From: Lama guanicoe
Lineage: Eukaryota
Direction: 5' to 3'
DNA length: 64,000 nt
NCBI GenBank assembly: GCA_013239625.1
Contig: MU053934.1
Span: 7,647,352-7,711,351, forward strand
The notes beneath the pieces are model-generated. The model was not told where the DNA came from. It was given only the letters and a program-made list of their open reading frames with translations, and did not search any database. Below, in pieces: positions 48,368 through 61,010 of the stretch (position 1 is its first letter; each line of letters opens with the position of its first letter). The position numbers and the translations under genes are program-made.

Positions 48368-48809
48368 CTAAAGGCAAAGGCGTCAGGTCAGTTGGTGGCC
48401 ACCGTTCACGCCTTCGTCTGATCTGCGCTCATTCATTTGCTCCCTCGCTCAGCACTCGCTGGGATGCCATCTCGGCGTTCAGCCCTGGCTGGGACCTGGC
48501 TTCACAGGCTCAGGGTTGGTGGCGGGACAGACAGGGAGACGGACGGGCAGGTGACACCAAGTGAGCGCAGCCAGGCGGGAGGGGACCCGGCACCCTGCTG
48601 GGCCCGCTTTGCAGGGTCACTGTTGTGTGGTCGCAGCGGTACTGACGCAGTGCCTGCGGGGCTGTGACCACAAGGGGCAGAGAGCAGAGTCCCACGGGAC
48701 GGGAACCAGGGCAGAGTGGGCGTGAGGGGGAGGAGGGTTCTAGGAGCTGGGCGTGGACCTAGCAGGGCCCCGACTATGGGTCAGGCGTTCAGACTCTGCC
48801 CTCTGAGAA

Positions 48810-49900
48810 AGCATTTTCCATCTGGGCTTCAGGGGTGCTCTCGAGAGTCTGCCAGGCTACAGGAATTTATGCATTTGGGGTTTTCATTCTAACGCTGATC
48901 TATAATATGTAAAACCTATTCCATAACACATGGGCTGCCCTGAAGAGAACATCATGCATTTCAGGGCTGGCGTCTGGCCTTCTGACTAGGGTCACGTGGA
49001 TGCCACACTGGCGAGTCCTTCTGGCTGTCCGGAGGTCAGCATGTGCCAACGTCAGACCGTCAACACTCCCCCCACTTTGCACTAGTCCTCATGCTCGGGC
49101 TTTTATCAAAGCCAAAGTGACAACTCAGAACTGAAAGAGGCTTAGATAGGACACGAGTCTAGTTTAAGATGAATGAACTGAGACTTCCATTTGACAACAT
49201 GAAAGCAATGAGGTGTCCAGGAGTGGGACACTGTGCGATGTTAACTGGTGAGGCTGATGAGGAAAACCACGGAAAGTGGATTTTATACAGATGGCACCTT
49301 CAGACCAGCACAGCCCAGGAGGCCCGGCTAGACCTGTGCCCCCAGGACATGGGCGGGGGATCCCAAAGGATTGTCTAGTGAAGGCTTGGAGGTCCCAACT
49401 TGCAGAAGGTCATCATCCAACATGTGTAGAAAATACAGAATGACGTCTGAAAGTTGATCAGTATTTTTTTTTCACAGTATTGGTGCGTGGAGGCACTGCC
49501 ACAGCAGGGGATGGCTGGCTTGCAGGAGTTCATAGTTAAAAACAGCAGGGATGATAATAATGACACCACAAGTTAGGGTTCCTCGTGCTCAACATCAAGA
49601 GAATTAACTAAAAAACAAGCAGAACTCAAACGTGCATTAAAACTGACACTGGCGATCTGGTTTCAGCAAAACACATCACGTTAAGTCAATGTCACAACAT
49701 TTAATTATGAGGTTTCCAATTTTTATATTTCATTTATAAGTGGTTTTTTGGTTTTTTTTTTTTTGGTAGCAGCTGTTTACTTCAAGAGTTTACACCTTGT
49801 TTTGTGTGTTCACTTTTAAGCCATGGTTATCATAAAAGTCATTTACATTGATAGTGGAGGTTCTCAGGATAAACGTTTTCCTTTAAAGGGGGTTCATATA
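48810..49900. mobile_element. Possible decayed hAT-Charlie DNA transposon remnant
   Basis: AT-richer interval with Charlie-like terminal text (ttttccatctgggcttcagggg... / ...ggttctcaggataaacgttttcctttaaagggg). Family assignment is uncertain. Confidence 0.35.
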
Positions 49901-50403
49901 GTAAAGAAGAGGGGGGCGGAGGCGGCTTTTAGGCGGAGGAGTAACCTGGTCAGATTTCCTTTCCTGTGATGGAGAACGTTGCATAAACAGCGTGCAACAA
50001 CTATAGGGCGTGGAAATCCAACTGGTTTTATTTGAAGTTTACCAGAGTGATACGTGGCGAAGAAACCAATTGACAGGGCAGAGCTGTGTCCCCAGCCGTC
50101 CCCGCCCCCTCCCTGTCCCGCCTCCCTCAGCTCTCAGTCTGTCACCATTTACATTCGCCTGAGATCATGACCCAGCCTGTGTTTCTAGCATTGAAAGTCA
50201 CACGTACTCACGCCATCAAGCAGGCGTGGTCCTGCTCGGTGGGGACTGAGGCATTGGCAGAACTTGTCCCCCGACACTGGGGTTTACTGAGATGCCCAGA
50301 CACTCCCCACCGGCTCCCTGTCGTATCACTCCCCTGCCTCCACAGCGAGGGCTGGGTGGAGCTGGGAGGGGACACCGTATGACCCGGGAACGGATGGACG
50401 CAC

Positions 50404-50557
50404 CCAGGAACTCGGTGGCGGTGATGTCGCCCTGCCGGTTGGCGTCCCTCTCCTTGCACTCCCTCAGGAGCTCGCGCCAGCACCCCTGGACCTTCTTCCG
50501 GAGCTTGGTCTCGATGGGCTCACAGTTCTGCAGGGGCGGGGTTGCACTCGCAGGGGT
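50404..50557 (-). CDS. EFCAB6: EFCAB6 coding exon (154 bp): TPASATPPLQNCEPIETKLRKKVQGCWRELLRECKERDANRQGDITATEFL
   Basis: Acceptor ttctctcttgctag, donor gtgcgt, phase 0/1. EF-hand loop DANRQGDITATE. The correct frame is not in the ORF track. Confidence 0.95.
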
Positions 50558-50779
50558 CTAGCAAGAGAGAAGACCATCTTGTAACATGGAAGGAATCATC
50601 AAAACTTACAGCTCCGACTCGGGTTTTGAGGTGCACAAGTTCCTGGGCAGCCTTATTTCAGAAATAAAATGAAAAACACAACAAAAAGGGTAATTTTACC
50701 ATTTAATTTTTATTTCCATCAGTTGGCTATATGTGTGCCAGCCACATCATCATAACCAAAAGAGCTATGGAAATAAATA

Positions 50780-51110
50780 TATAGCCTTGTGCTTTCTAGC
50801 TCCCAGAGGACCCCACATTCTTTGGTTCGTGGACCTGTCCTCCACCTTCAGAGCCAGCTACGTCGGGGTAGGGGGGCTCTTCCTCAAATTGCATCTCTCC
50901 AAAATGACCCTTCTGCCTCCAAATCCCCATTTACAGACCCCCTGTGATTACCTTGGGTCTCCCAGACCCTCCAGGATAATCCTGGCTTAAAGTCAGCTGA
51001 TCGGCAACTGTAGTTACATCTGCAACCTTGATTCTCCCTCGCCCGTATGGCCGGTGACACGGTACAGGTCCCAGGGCCTGGGATGTGGACATGCGCCCCC
51101 GACTCCCCTA
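50780..51110. mobile_element. MaLR LTR remnant (MLT1 family)
   Basis: ttctagctcccagaggaccccacattctttggttcgtgg...tccaggataatcc...ttaaagtcagctgatcggcaac...acatctgcaacctt. Confidence 0.7.
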
Positions 51111-51300
51111 CACTCTGCTCTGCTCACCACCTTCAACTTGCTAAACACTTTACTTTTCTGTTTACTGTTTCTTGCCCATCGTCTCCCACAAGATGGTAAA
51201 CTCCACAAGGGCAGGGACCTGTGTTCACGCTCAGCTCTAGAAAAGACCCAGCACATAGTAGGTGTGCAATAAGCACATGTTGACGGAATGAACGAGTAAA
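51110..51300. mobile_element. L2 3' end
   Basis: gtaaactccacaagggcagggacctgtgt...ccagcacatagtaggtgtgcaataagcacatgttgacggaatgaa, the classic L2 terminus. Confidence 0.75.
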
Positions 51301-51852
51301 AGCTACTGTCTGAGTGCACGGAGCTCAGAGGTGGTTACTCATGTGCCTGGCTGGCATCCTCTCAACCACCCTCCCCTGGAGACTCTGTCATGCTTCTTGC
51401 AGATGAAGTGGAGCCCATCTCCCCATTCCAGGCCCGGGTTTGACCCAGGACCAGGGCCACACAGCTAGGCAGACCTGGGTTTGAAATTGGGTCTCCCTGT
51501 GTCTGACAAGGAACCCTGAGCCTGTGAGGATGCCTCTTAGAGCCTCAGTGTCTGCAGTCGTGAAGCAGGTGTAACGACACTTACCCTGAGGGATGGCAGG
51601 GCTGTCCGCCCCGGGGCACCTGCTCTCCTGCAGGATGAAGCCCTGGGTGTGGCTGACGCGCCCTGCCCCCAGGTCCTCTCCCGAATCCTCCTTTTCCTTC
51701 CCTTCCAGCCCCGCGCCCACGCCTGCCTCCCCTCCCAGGATGGTGGCTGAGGGAGCCCACTAGCGGCTCCTCTCCGCGCCTCCCGCCCCAAGCTCACCCT
51801 GTGCCACCTTCTCGGCCACCTGCACCCTGTGGGAACACTAGCGGGCACTCAC

Positions 51853-52083
51853 GCAGGGGTGACTCCGCGGTTTCGACCCCGATTTCAGGTCGCGAGTGGG
51901 TGATGACCCTGCGGACCTGCTTCCTTCCGAGACTTCGGGAACACTGCTGCCTCTCTGCGCCCTGGCCGAGTCGCCGGTGGCCGGCGGCGTGACCGCTTTC
52001 TCAGAGCTGAAGCCGCTCAGGAAGTCCAGGTATCTCAGCCGCCCCTTGGCGTTGACGGGCAGCTCAGCCCAGAGCCTGTCAAA
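51853..52083 (-). CDS. EFCAB6: EFCAB6 coding exon (231 bp): FDRLWAELPVNAKGRLRYLDFLSGFSSEKAVTPPATGDSARAQRGSSVPEVSEGSRSAGSSPTRDLKSGSKPRSHPC
   Basis: Acceptor cctctttgcag, donor gtgagt, phase 0/0. Confidence 0.95.
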
Positions 52084-53639
52084 CTGCAAAGAGGCGGAAG
52101 TCACCTCCCAGGGGTCAGCGTGAAACCCACCGACTCTCCCAGCACCAGCGCAAGTGGGGCGGAAGCTGGCGCAGAACGCGCACCTGTTGGCGGGGGCCTG
52201 GGGCCCTGTTGAACCAAAAAGTCCTTGAAAAAGAAAAGCCATCCTCCTGCCGCGGTGTGGTGGGAGCCCTGGGAAGACTGGGGAAGCAAAGGCGGGAGGA
52301 TCACCCTTGGCGGTGGCAGGACATCTTTCAATTGAATTGGGCCCTTAGCGAGCAGCTGAAGGCTATTAAATCTTGTGATTGGTCACAGAGACTGAGCTGC
52401 AGTATAGGAGAATGTTTCATGAGAAAACACAAATCAAATCCCAGCCCACCTTGGCCCCAGGGGAGCCCAGCCAGCCCCCCCCCCCGCCTCCTTCCAGGCA
52501 GCCCTGGGCCCCGCAAACGGCAGCCCTCAGCCACCGTGTTTGCATCCACAATTTATTTCACCCTCGGGGCAAACAGTGTCTTCTCACAAGATGAAAAGGG
52601 AGGCGTTTGGGAAACTGGGGAGAGGCTGACAGCTCTGTGTTGGTGCCGCCTGATGTCACAGTCTGTGTCAGAGCCACACGTGGCACGGATGTCACAGAAG
52701 GAGTCAACGCAGCCTATGTGAGCCACTGGATAACTTGAGGGCTTTCAGGGAGCCGAGAAGAGTGACAATTTACTTCCAGTTTGGTTTTCTGAATAGCGCC
52801 TAAGGCCCAGCGGAGTCCCAGCCTCCAGCACATGTAGAGGGGCGCAGCCCCCCACCCCCAGCCTCCCGCCGCCAGGGGCCAGGGGAGGGGCGCTCCTGCC
52901 CTGCGTCTGGTACCCTCCACCCAGTTTCCCTCAAAGGTTATGATTTAACAGGACAACTTCAAATGCGTGTGTATAGTTCAGAGTCATTTATCACATATAC
53001 GGATTCATGCTGCCTTAATTTTGATCAAGGAGGGAAAACCATTTGGTGGAGTGGAAGTGAGGGTCCTGGAGAAAGTGAACACACAGGCTCAGAGAGACCT
53101 CATGGTCACAGAGGGCAGTAACCGCCTGCCAGTCTCCTCCAGGAAAGTGCTCCAGAGCCTTCCCGCATCCTGATGAACCCACCTCTGCAGGTGGCACCTT
53201 GCCTGGCTGGGAAGCTTCCCGAAGTTTCCCCCAAGATTCACCTTTAAATGCCAACTGTCTGCAAAGGTGCTGGCACACAGCAGGTGCTCAATACATGTTT
53301 GTTCACTGCTGAAGAGCCCCAAAGACACATGATAAGACCAGTCAGACCATGGGAAGACCCTTCAGAAATGCAGAGGGACAGGCGGTGCTAAGCCATGGAG
53401 TGAGCACGTCACAGCCGTCATGAAGGCTTCCAGGAAGAGGAGAGAGACACGGCTTGAGAGGAAGGCAGGCTGCTCTGTGGGCGCTCCTGCTCTCCTATGT
53501 TAGCAAGACTTGGGGGCAAGCAGGAGGAAGGTCATGTTACTAAGGATGGATACCAAGGATGGGCGTGAACGCATAAGGATGCAGTGAAAAGCTGCAGCGT
53601 GGAGTCAGGATGTGATAATTAGCAGATGTCTCATCAAGA

Positions 53640-53810
53640 GATGCTGGGAGGCAATTGAGAAATCACTTTAAAGTTAGGCGGAGAAAACACAGACCTAGGA
53701 TTCTATCCCCAGCCAAACTATCTTTTAAGAATGAGCATAAAATAGGGAAGATCTCAGGTTTACTCTTCCCTGAAAGAGCAAGTAAAGATGTACTTTAGCA
53801 AAAAGGAAAG
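53640..53810 (+). mobile_element. Old L1 ORF1-like fragment
   Basis: acctaggattctatccccagccaaactatcttttaagaatgag encodes PRILSPAKLSFKNE. Confidence 0.7.
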
Positions 53811-56800
53811 GGAACCGGACGTGTGAGTGGGCAGGAGGTGTGATGGGGCAAAGAGATCAGAGGGGCCCCCGACACCTGCTCTTCCCCCGGCCCCCCAGCA
53901 GCACCCCCTCAGCCCACGGCCTTCAGCCTCCTTGTTCTCCACACCCACAGCATTAGCAAGTTCTGTTGCTTCCAACTCTGAAACACACCCATGAGCCAAC
54001 CTCCTGTGCTCCCAGTGGCCCACCTGACCCAGGTCTTTAATCAGATGTCACCTCTTCAGGGGGCGCCTCCAGCTGCCCTACTCACGACATGCACCCTCCC
54101 AGTTCCCAGGCGCTGCCCTCCCTCCTGCTCCTTTTGGCCTCGATGGCATTTATCACCACCCGGCATACACATGTCGTTTTGTTTACTGTCTGTCTGCCCC
54201 TAAAAGAACACAGACCCCACGGGCAGGGTGTCTCTTATGCCCACTGGCTGGCTGGCAGCAGCTCCAACTAACAGGGCAAGCCCACGGCTCCTGCTTCAGG
54301 GATGTTCCCTCTGCCTGCACCGCTGTCTCTCGTCTCCTCTCAGAGGCAACCCCCACATCCCAACATCGGGTCTTCAGGGAAACCGCCCTGACCCCTTGGT
54401 GCAGGTCAGCCCCCAGCTCCGCTCTCCCAGCATGCTGCAGGAGGGACGTGGAATTGCAGAAATAAGGTACAAGGCCCCCAGGACCTAACATCGCCACTCT
54501 GTGCACAGAGGGCCCCCAGTAAGTGAATGAGTGGGTGCCTGCTGCCTGCGGGCACTCACTGTGCAACCAGGACAGACAGCTCTGTGTCCAAGAGCATGCA
54601 GGAGTGTCCCGAGGGCTCTGCTAGATGATGGAGAGCTCGACGTGGAGTGGGGAGGGCAGAGCAGGGCAAGGCTAGCACCACCAGGAAAGGCTGTGGTTAG
54701 AAAGGGCTTAATTCGGCTTGGAAGATGGAGTTGGCACGGCCAGGCACAAGGGGCCAAGGGCAGGGACAGGCTGCGGTGGGCAAAGATGGGGAAGGCAGAA
54801 CTGCAGCCTAGCCAGAAGAGAGGGCACCTGGATGAGCCTGGGGAGTACTGTGCACCCCCGTTTCATAGGGAAGAACACTGACACTCAGAGAGGTTGAGTA
54901 ATTCTCCAAGGTCACACAGCTGGATGAGTGCAGAAGCCAGGCTAAAACCCAAGTCTACTTGCATTCTTCTCACTTCCTAGAGGTGTCTGTTTTAGAAATA
55001 CCACATTTAAAATGTTCAGAAATGTTTGGCAGATCCTTTCCCTAATACAGCTGCATATTCAAAGTCTTTATGTAGTCACTATGGACTGATCTGAATGGCC
55101 CACCAGGACAGGGTCTCTCTGTGGGTCTCCATCTTAATGCTGAAGCAAGATCCAAGTGGACCCAGATCCTTGGAATTTTCTCACAGGCTTTAGGCAGAGC
55201 CATGGAGACCTGTCGGAATCCAACTGCATTTGCTCCGAAAGTCGCTCTCTTTTCCTGGAAGGTTAATTGTGCCAAAAAGTTTCAAAAGGTGTGGTAGTTC
55301 ACCTGCTTATGGACCGCTCTCTATAAGTCGAGAAAGCCAGTCAGATTCAAGATGATTGGATTTTTTAGGATAAATTTTTGCAATGCAGTTAAGCCAAGTC
55401 ATGGAATTTGTACTCGAATGCTGTTCAAATAGTCGGAACTGTCCCAGCATCTCTAGTGAACTCTTCTGAATAATGGCATGAGGGGGCTACACATGTGAAG
55501 AGTCCAAATTTCTTCTGATTTACTGCACCAGACGCTGCCTCCATCTAGAAGGCCGCGGGCCAAGGCGCTCATGCAGGGAGAAAACAGACAGGTTCCGGGG
55601 CTCTTGCCTCCTGCTCACCAGCCAGGGTCTGGAAGCGTCCTCCCCAGATACAGCACAATCTCTGTTAATCATCACTGACTTAATCCGTGGTACTTATGCC
55701 AGGCTTGGACGCTCTGGATGATGCAGACTGTATTTGAGATGTGTCCGCATATTTTTGGAAAGCAGCGTTTAAAAGTAAGTGCTTGACTTTGTTGCAGGGG
55801 GCTGGGGGCGGTGCTGTATGTGCTGGAAATGCTGACGCTTTCTTACTGGACAATTAAAATCAAATTCCCTGATATGAATGCCAGATACGCCAGTGTGTCA
55901 TTAATGTGCTATCTATAAATTGGAGTAAAATTTTACTCATTTAGATGGAATGAAAAATCTTTATTAGTAAAACCTTTATTAGCAAAACCTGTATTAGCCG
56001 GCTCCATAGAATAATAAATGCAATTGTATTAATTTTAAAGGCTTCCTTCCGTTTGTAGTAATAGAGAGGAGTGTTTGCAACTAGCTCCCTTGGCTTGGAC
56101 GCGCCCCGGGACAGCGCTGTTTGGAAACAGCACTATTTTGCTCAGCAAAAATGATCATAAGTCCTAACAAGCTGGTATTTTAGGAAAGTTAAACCTGATG
56201 TTCATATTATTATCTTTAACAAGCTCATCCTTCAAGGCAGTGAGTTCAGAGCAGGGCATGTTGATCACCCCTCCCTGTGAATACTTTCAGTCCTTACCCT
56301 AAAACTCTGAGAAAGTGAGACTTGAGGTTGGAGTGACCCACCTCTGGGGGAAAGTGACTTTCCCACACGGGGAGCCCTCGGGAGCTCCGGGCTGGGCCCG
56401 GGCAGAACCGGGAGCAGGAAGGGAGGCGCAGTTGCTTGTGTGGGTGTTTGGATTCCCTTTCTCCTGTGACTGTTTTCTGGGAATGAATGGGGCATCAGTT
56501 GTCTGAGAACAGGAGAGGACAGGTAGCAACGCATTTTCTGGGGAGAAGGGGAACCTGCTTCGGTGACTGGATCCCTGGCGCTCTGTGTTATCCGGCTGCT
56601 CGGCCCTGGGCTGCGGGGGTGGGGGCGGGGAATGTGGACGCTACCCCGGGACACCGCCACTCACCCGGACGGCTGAGCACCTGCTCTGTGCCGGGCTCTG
56701 TTTGGGTGTTCAGGGCGCAGTGAGGAGCAAGCAATCTGGGGCACCCCTCCCCCGTGCTGATGTGCAGTGTGATTACCCACTGGGGGCAGTAAGCAAGGCA

Positions 56801-57386
56801 GGCCCTTGGGACACAGTCTCGCTGGGAGGTGCTCTTGGCCTAAGAAAGCCATAAGGGTCACAGAGGCCAGGGCCGCAGGCTGCCAGAGCTTTGAGCTACA
56901 AAGAGCCCAGCTCAGTCCTGGGGAGGAGCTGCAGACAGCCTCTTGTGGGGGTTCTGTGACGGGCAGGAGGACCTCAGAGAGAGCGGCCTGTGTCCAGCCT
57001 GTGGATCATGGAGAGGCCCACTGTGGGTGAGGGTGGGCAAGAGCCCCAGAGCATCGGAAAACGCCAGCACCAGAACCAGGCAGAGCCCAGGAGGAGGGAG
57101 GGGGCGGAGGGAGGGGCAGAGCAACTCAGTCTCCACGTGCCCCCTTGCGCCCCAGTCCTGCTCAGGAAGTAACATCCTACGCACCAATGGGATGGTGCAG
57201 TTCATACCCGTTACATAAACAGAAGGAAGGTTCCTGTGAGTCTTTGGTAAAAATTTAAACAACTCCCCCTCAAAACCTTCAAGTATTTAAAAAATAGAGA
57301 ACAGCCTTAAACTCTACACTCTGCGGAAGGGCGGCCCGGCCCTCACACAACGCTGCTTAGGGTGCTAAGCCGAGTGCATTTCTCAC

Positions 57387-57614
57387 CTGTTCATCCGTCA
57401 GAACTTGGACGTGGCGAGTGCAGATGGCCCGGAACTCGTCCCTGGAGGCGGTGTCCGACTTCGTGGTGTCGAAGTTCTCAAACTCCTGGGCGATGGTGTG
57501 GTAGTGGGAGGCCACTGCTTTGCGGAGCCGAGCCAGGATCTCTTGGTATGCTATTTCCTTGGGAGATCTGGGTGGCGGGCCTTTGGGCATCTTCTCAGCC
57601 CACTCAGCAGCCGT
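57387..57614 (-). CDS. EFCAB6: EFCAB6 coding exon (228 bp): TAAEWAEKMPKGPPPRSPKEIAYQEILARLRKAVASHYHTIAQEFENFDTTKSDTASRDEFRAICTRHVQVLTDEQ
   Basis: Acceptor ttctcttttgcccag, donor gtgaga, phase 0/0. EF-hand-like loop DTTKSDTASRDE. Upstream exons lie beyond the window. Confidence 0.95.
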
Positions 57615-59689
57615 CTGGGCAAAAGAGAATGGAAAATTGATCCATTTAATAAATCACGAAGCCATCTTGGCTCTGGGCACATCACCCTCGCACGGCAGGT
57701 CCCCAGGAGGCCCGGCTCAGTGAGGAAGACAAGCAAGGAGACGCTGCGACCCAGAGGCAGGTCTAAACAGGATCCGACGGCAGGTGCAGATTTGGGGGAA
57801 GTGGCAGCCAGGGCAGACTGGCCAGGAAGGAGAAGCAGAGCGAGTCAGTCCCATGGGGCAGGGCACCGTGCCCGGCCAGGCCCTGGGGAGGGCGCACCCT
57901 TCACCCTCATCCAGTCACTCGTTCAGTGCATTCAGCCTGTCTTCTGGTTCGTGTCTGCTCCGAGTGGTGAGGGAATCAATGGGGATGTGTACCTAACTGC
58001 TTGCATTTCCAGACCTCAGTTTAGTTGCTTTACACTCACAGCAGTTAGACTTTGAAAGGCAGTTTTTGATGGCTGCCACCACATTATGTGGCAGCACCAC
58101 TGTTGGCTGAGTCCCTTAAGTCTGAAACTTTGAGACCCACAGGGATTTAATCCTGGTGAGTGCAGATCCCTGGGGCTGGCAGCTGTGGGGACGCTGGAAC
58201 CAGCCAGCTGTCTGCACCCCTCTGAGGGCAGGGACAGCTGGGTGCCTGGAGGTGCTTCCAGAGCTCAGTGATGCTGTTCATGGTGCTTGGGAGCCCCGAG
58301 GAGGGACAGACCCAGCCTGGGCTCAGGGACAGCCTTCTGGAGGGAGGAGGAGCGGGCCATGGGGAAAGAGGGGCAGCAGAAGGGTCTCCTTACCACATGT
58401 TTAGGCTGACGTGCTGGCAAGAGGGCTCGTGGCCAGGTCAGCTAGGAGGGGCTGGGGGGCCTGCAGCCCACACTCAGCATCCCCTGATGACCCCTGTGGT
58501 GGACAGAGAGACAGCAGGAAGAGCAGGAGAGGGTTGTTACCTAGTGATCATCAGCGGCCCTGAAAACGACAAGGATCTAGCTCTGTGTCTGTCCTGGACA
58601 CTGAGGAGACTGGGGCTTGGAGGGTGGAGCCAGGGTTGCGGGCGGCTGAGTCCTGAGCCTCCTGCGAGGGCAGTGGGCAGGGCCAGCGGCGCAGCCCTGA
58701 CGTGCATCTGCCTGCTGCAATTAGGAAAAGGCCCCGGAAGCTAGACCTGTGGTCACTGCATCAACAGGTCGGCTCTGGAGTGCGAGGTGGGCGTGGGAGG
58801 GGAGACTGGGTTCCGTGCGAATCCAGGGGTACCGAGGCATGGACGCTGTCCCCGCACCAGGGCCTGTTCTGAGCTACCCTGGGTTTCTCTGCCTCAAAGC
58901 CCTTCGTGGCTACTGGCTATGATAACAGCTCTTTCAATGCACCAGCATTTTACCAGATTATCACATCTAACCCCCCAGCTAGGACTAAAACCTGGTCACG
59001 TTTCATTTTCAGCAACTGCACAGCGATGCGTGTATTATGTGTGACTATCCTTCAGGACGGACCACAACGTTACTTGATGAAATTGTATCAGACACAGGAT
59101 GCTGCTGGGAACGTACTCAGACACACGAACACATACACTTACACTCAAACCACGGCCCTCACAGCCCCGACCACCCAAAGGTTAACAGAAGCTTCTAAAC
59201 AGGTCCATTTGGATCCATCTGCAGAGTGAATGAATGCCTTTCTTTCGTTCATTCTAGAAAATAAAGTGATATTACAGATGCATCATACTTTTTTAACAGC
59301 CAAAAATGCACTTCCTGTATCAAGTGCATGGGCATTTCTCTAAACATTGCAAGGGGTGTTGGCATTCAGAGAGCAGCCTTTTCTGGATGTAGAGTCATGC
59401 TCGAGGTTGATCTGTCCTAACTCTAGTCAACGTTTGGGGCCTGAGGAGGATGCGCCTCCAGGTGAACATAACTGGAAAGAACACAGGTGTATCGTCCAGA
59501 ATGGCAAGGTGGGGTCCCCTGGGTCTGAGGCCGGCCTCCACTGACTGGCTGTGTGAGCCCCACAAACCACTTAACCATACTTCCCGCAGTTTCCTCGTCT
59601 ATCCAGGAGGAACAAAGGCTCACACGAGAGGATGTGTGTGTTCTCTGAATGTGTGAACACGCAAAACAAGGTGGAAACACTACTGTTCT

Positions 59690-61010
59690 AACAACAGATA
59701 CGGAAGAATTCTAACAAAGTAGGATGGGAAACCTTAGGTTAACATACTTTAAACTTCAGAGGAAATTGAATCGTCTTCTAGCAAAATAGATTGCTACAGA
59801 TTACTACATTTAAGTTAGGTAAAAGTTAAAGCCGGAATAGACAGATAACCACGGAAGAAGCTTTAAAACTGTTAAAAATCTACCATCGATCAAGATAGAT
59901 AATTTTTACATTAGTCAAATTATTCAGAACACAAAATGGGATATATAGTATTCCAATTCATTGTCTATTCCCCTAATACAAAAATATCATATAGGAAACA
60001 CTTGAAAAGAAAAATATAAGCCAATCTAGCTTACGCGTACAAATGCAAATACACCCCAAAAATTTAAAAACCTATTAGGTATATTTAGCACCATATCTTA
60101 AAAGGGCACAACATGATCAGTTAGGGTTTCCTCCAAGGCTAAGAATCAAGAATTAGCAAATCTTCAGTTCCTTACATTAGCAAAGGTCACATATCAATAA
60201 GACGGCAAAAAGGCAGTTAACGAAAGTCAGCAGCCATTTCTGATAAAATGGTGTAGAACAGAACAGAGCACATAATCTATATGGAAATAAAGTGAACATC
60301 CTTGAGATGAGGGTGTTAATCAGACACTGTCTACAAACAGATCACATGGTGAGATGCTGAGGTATTTCCATTCAAGTCAGGAACAAGACAGGCACCCTCA
60401 CTGTCACTTCCACTAGTCACATTTTTAGAGGCTCCAGTTTTTGAAATAAGATAAGCAGATGAAATAAACAGTATAAATGTTGAAAAACAAGATTTACCAT
60501 TATCTGTGGATATGATTATGCAACTAGAAAATCTCAGGACAACTAGGAAAGTGGCTGGATTCAAGTAAAAAATACAAAAAAGCGTAACTTTTTTTTTTTT
60601 TACAGTAAATACTAGTTAGAAATTGTAGATGAAAAAACGTCTGCATTCACATTACTGGCAAAGCTATTAAATAACTTGGGATAAATTACATTCCCAAAAT
60701 ACAAGACCTACACAAAGAAATTTACACATATTCTATTGAAGGTTATCAAAGCAAGACAGGACTAAAAAGACATACACAGTCTGTTCTGGGATGTGAAGAC
60801 TCCATTTCAAAAGATAAAAGTCTTTCTCAAATTAGAAGTAAATAAAATTCGAATAAAAATCTCAACAGAATCATTAGACATAGATATTGAAGTTGATACA
60901 GAAAAATAAATATGTGAGAACTGCTATGAGATTTTTGGGAAAGGCTAGGGATTATGGTTTTGACCCACCAGATGTTACGCCATACACTTGATACAATCAG
61001 ATGGTAGAAT
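59690..61010 (+). mobile_element. Ancient L1 ORF2 (reverse transcriptase region) remnant
   Basis: A-rich strand with tttccattcaagtcaggaacaagacaggc (FPFKSGTRQ, compare L1 PLRSGTRQGCPLSP) and later aaataacttgggataaatt. Heavily disrupted. Confidence 0.75.
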
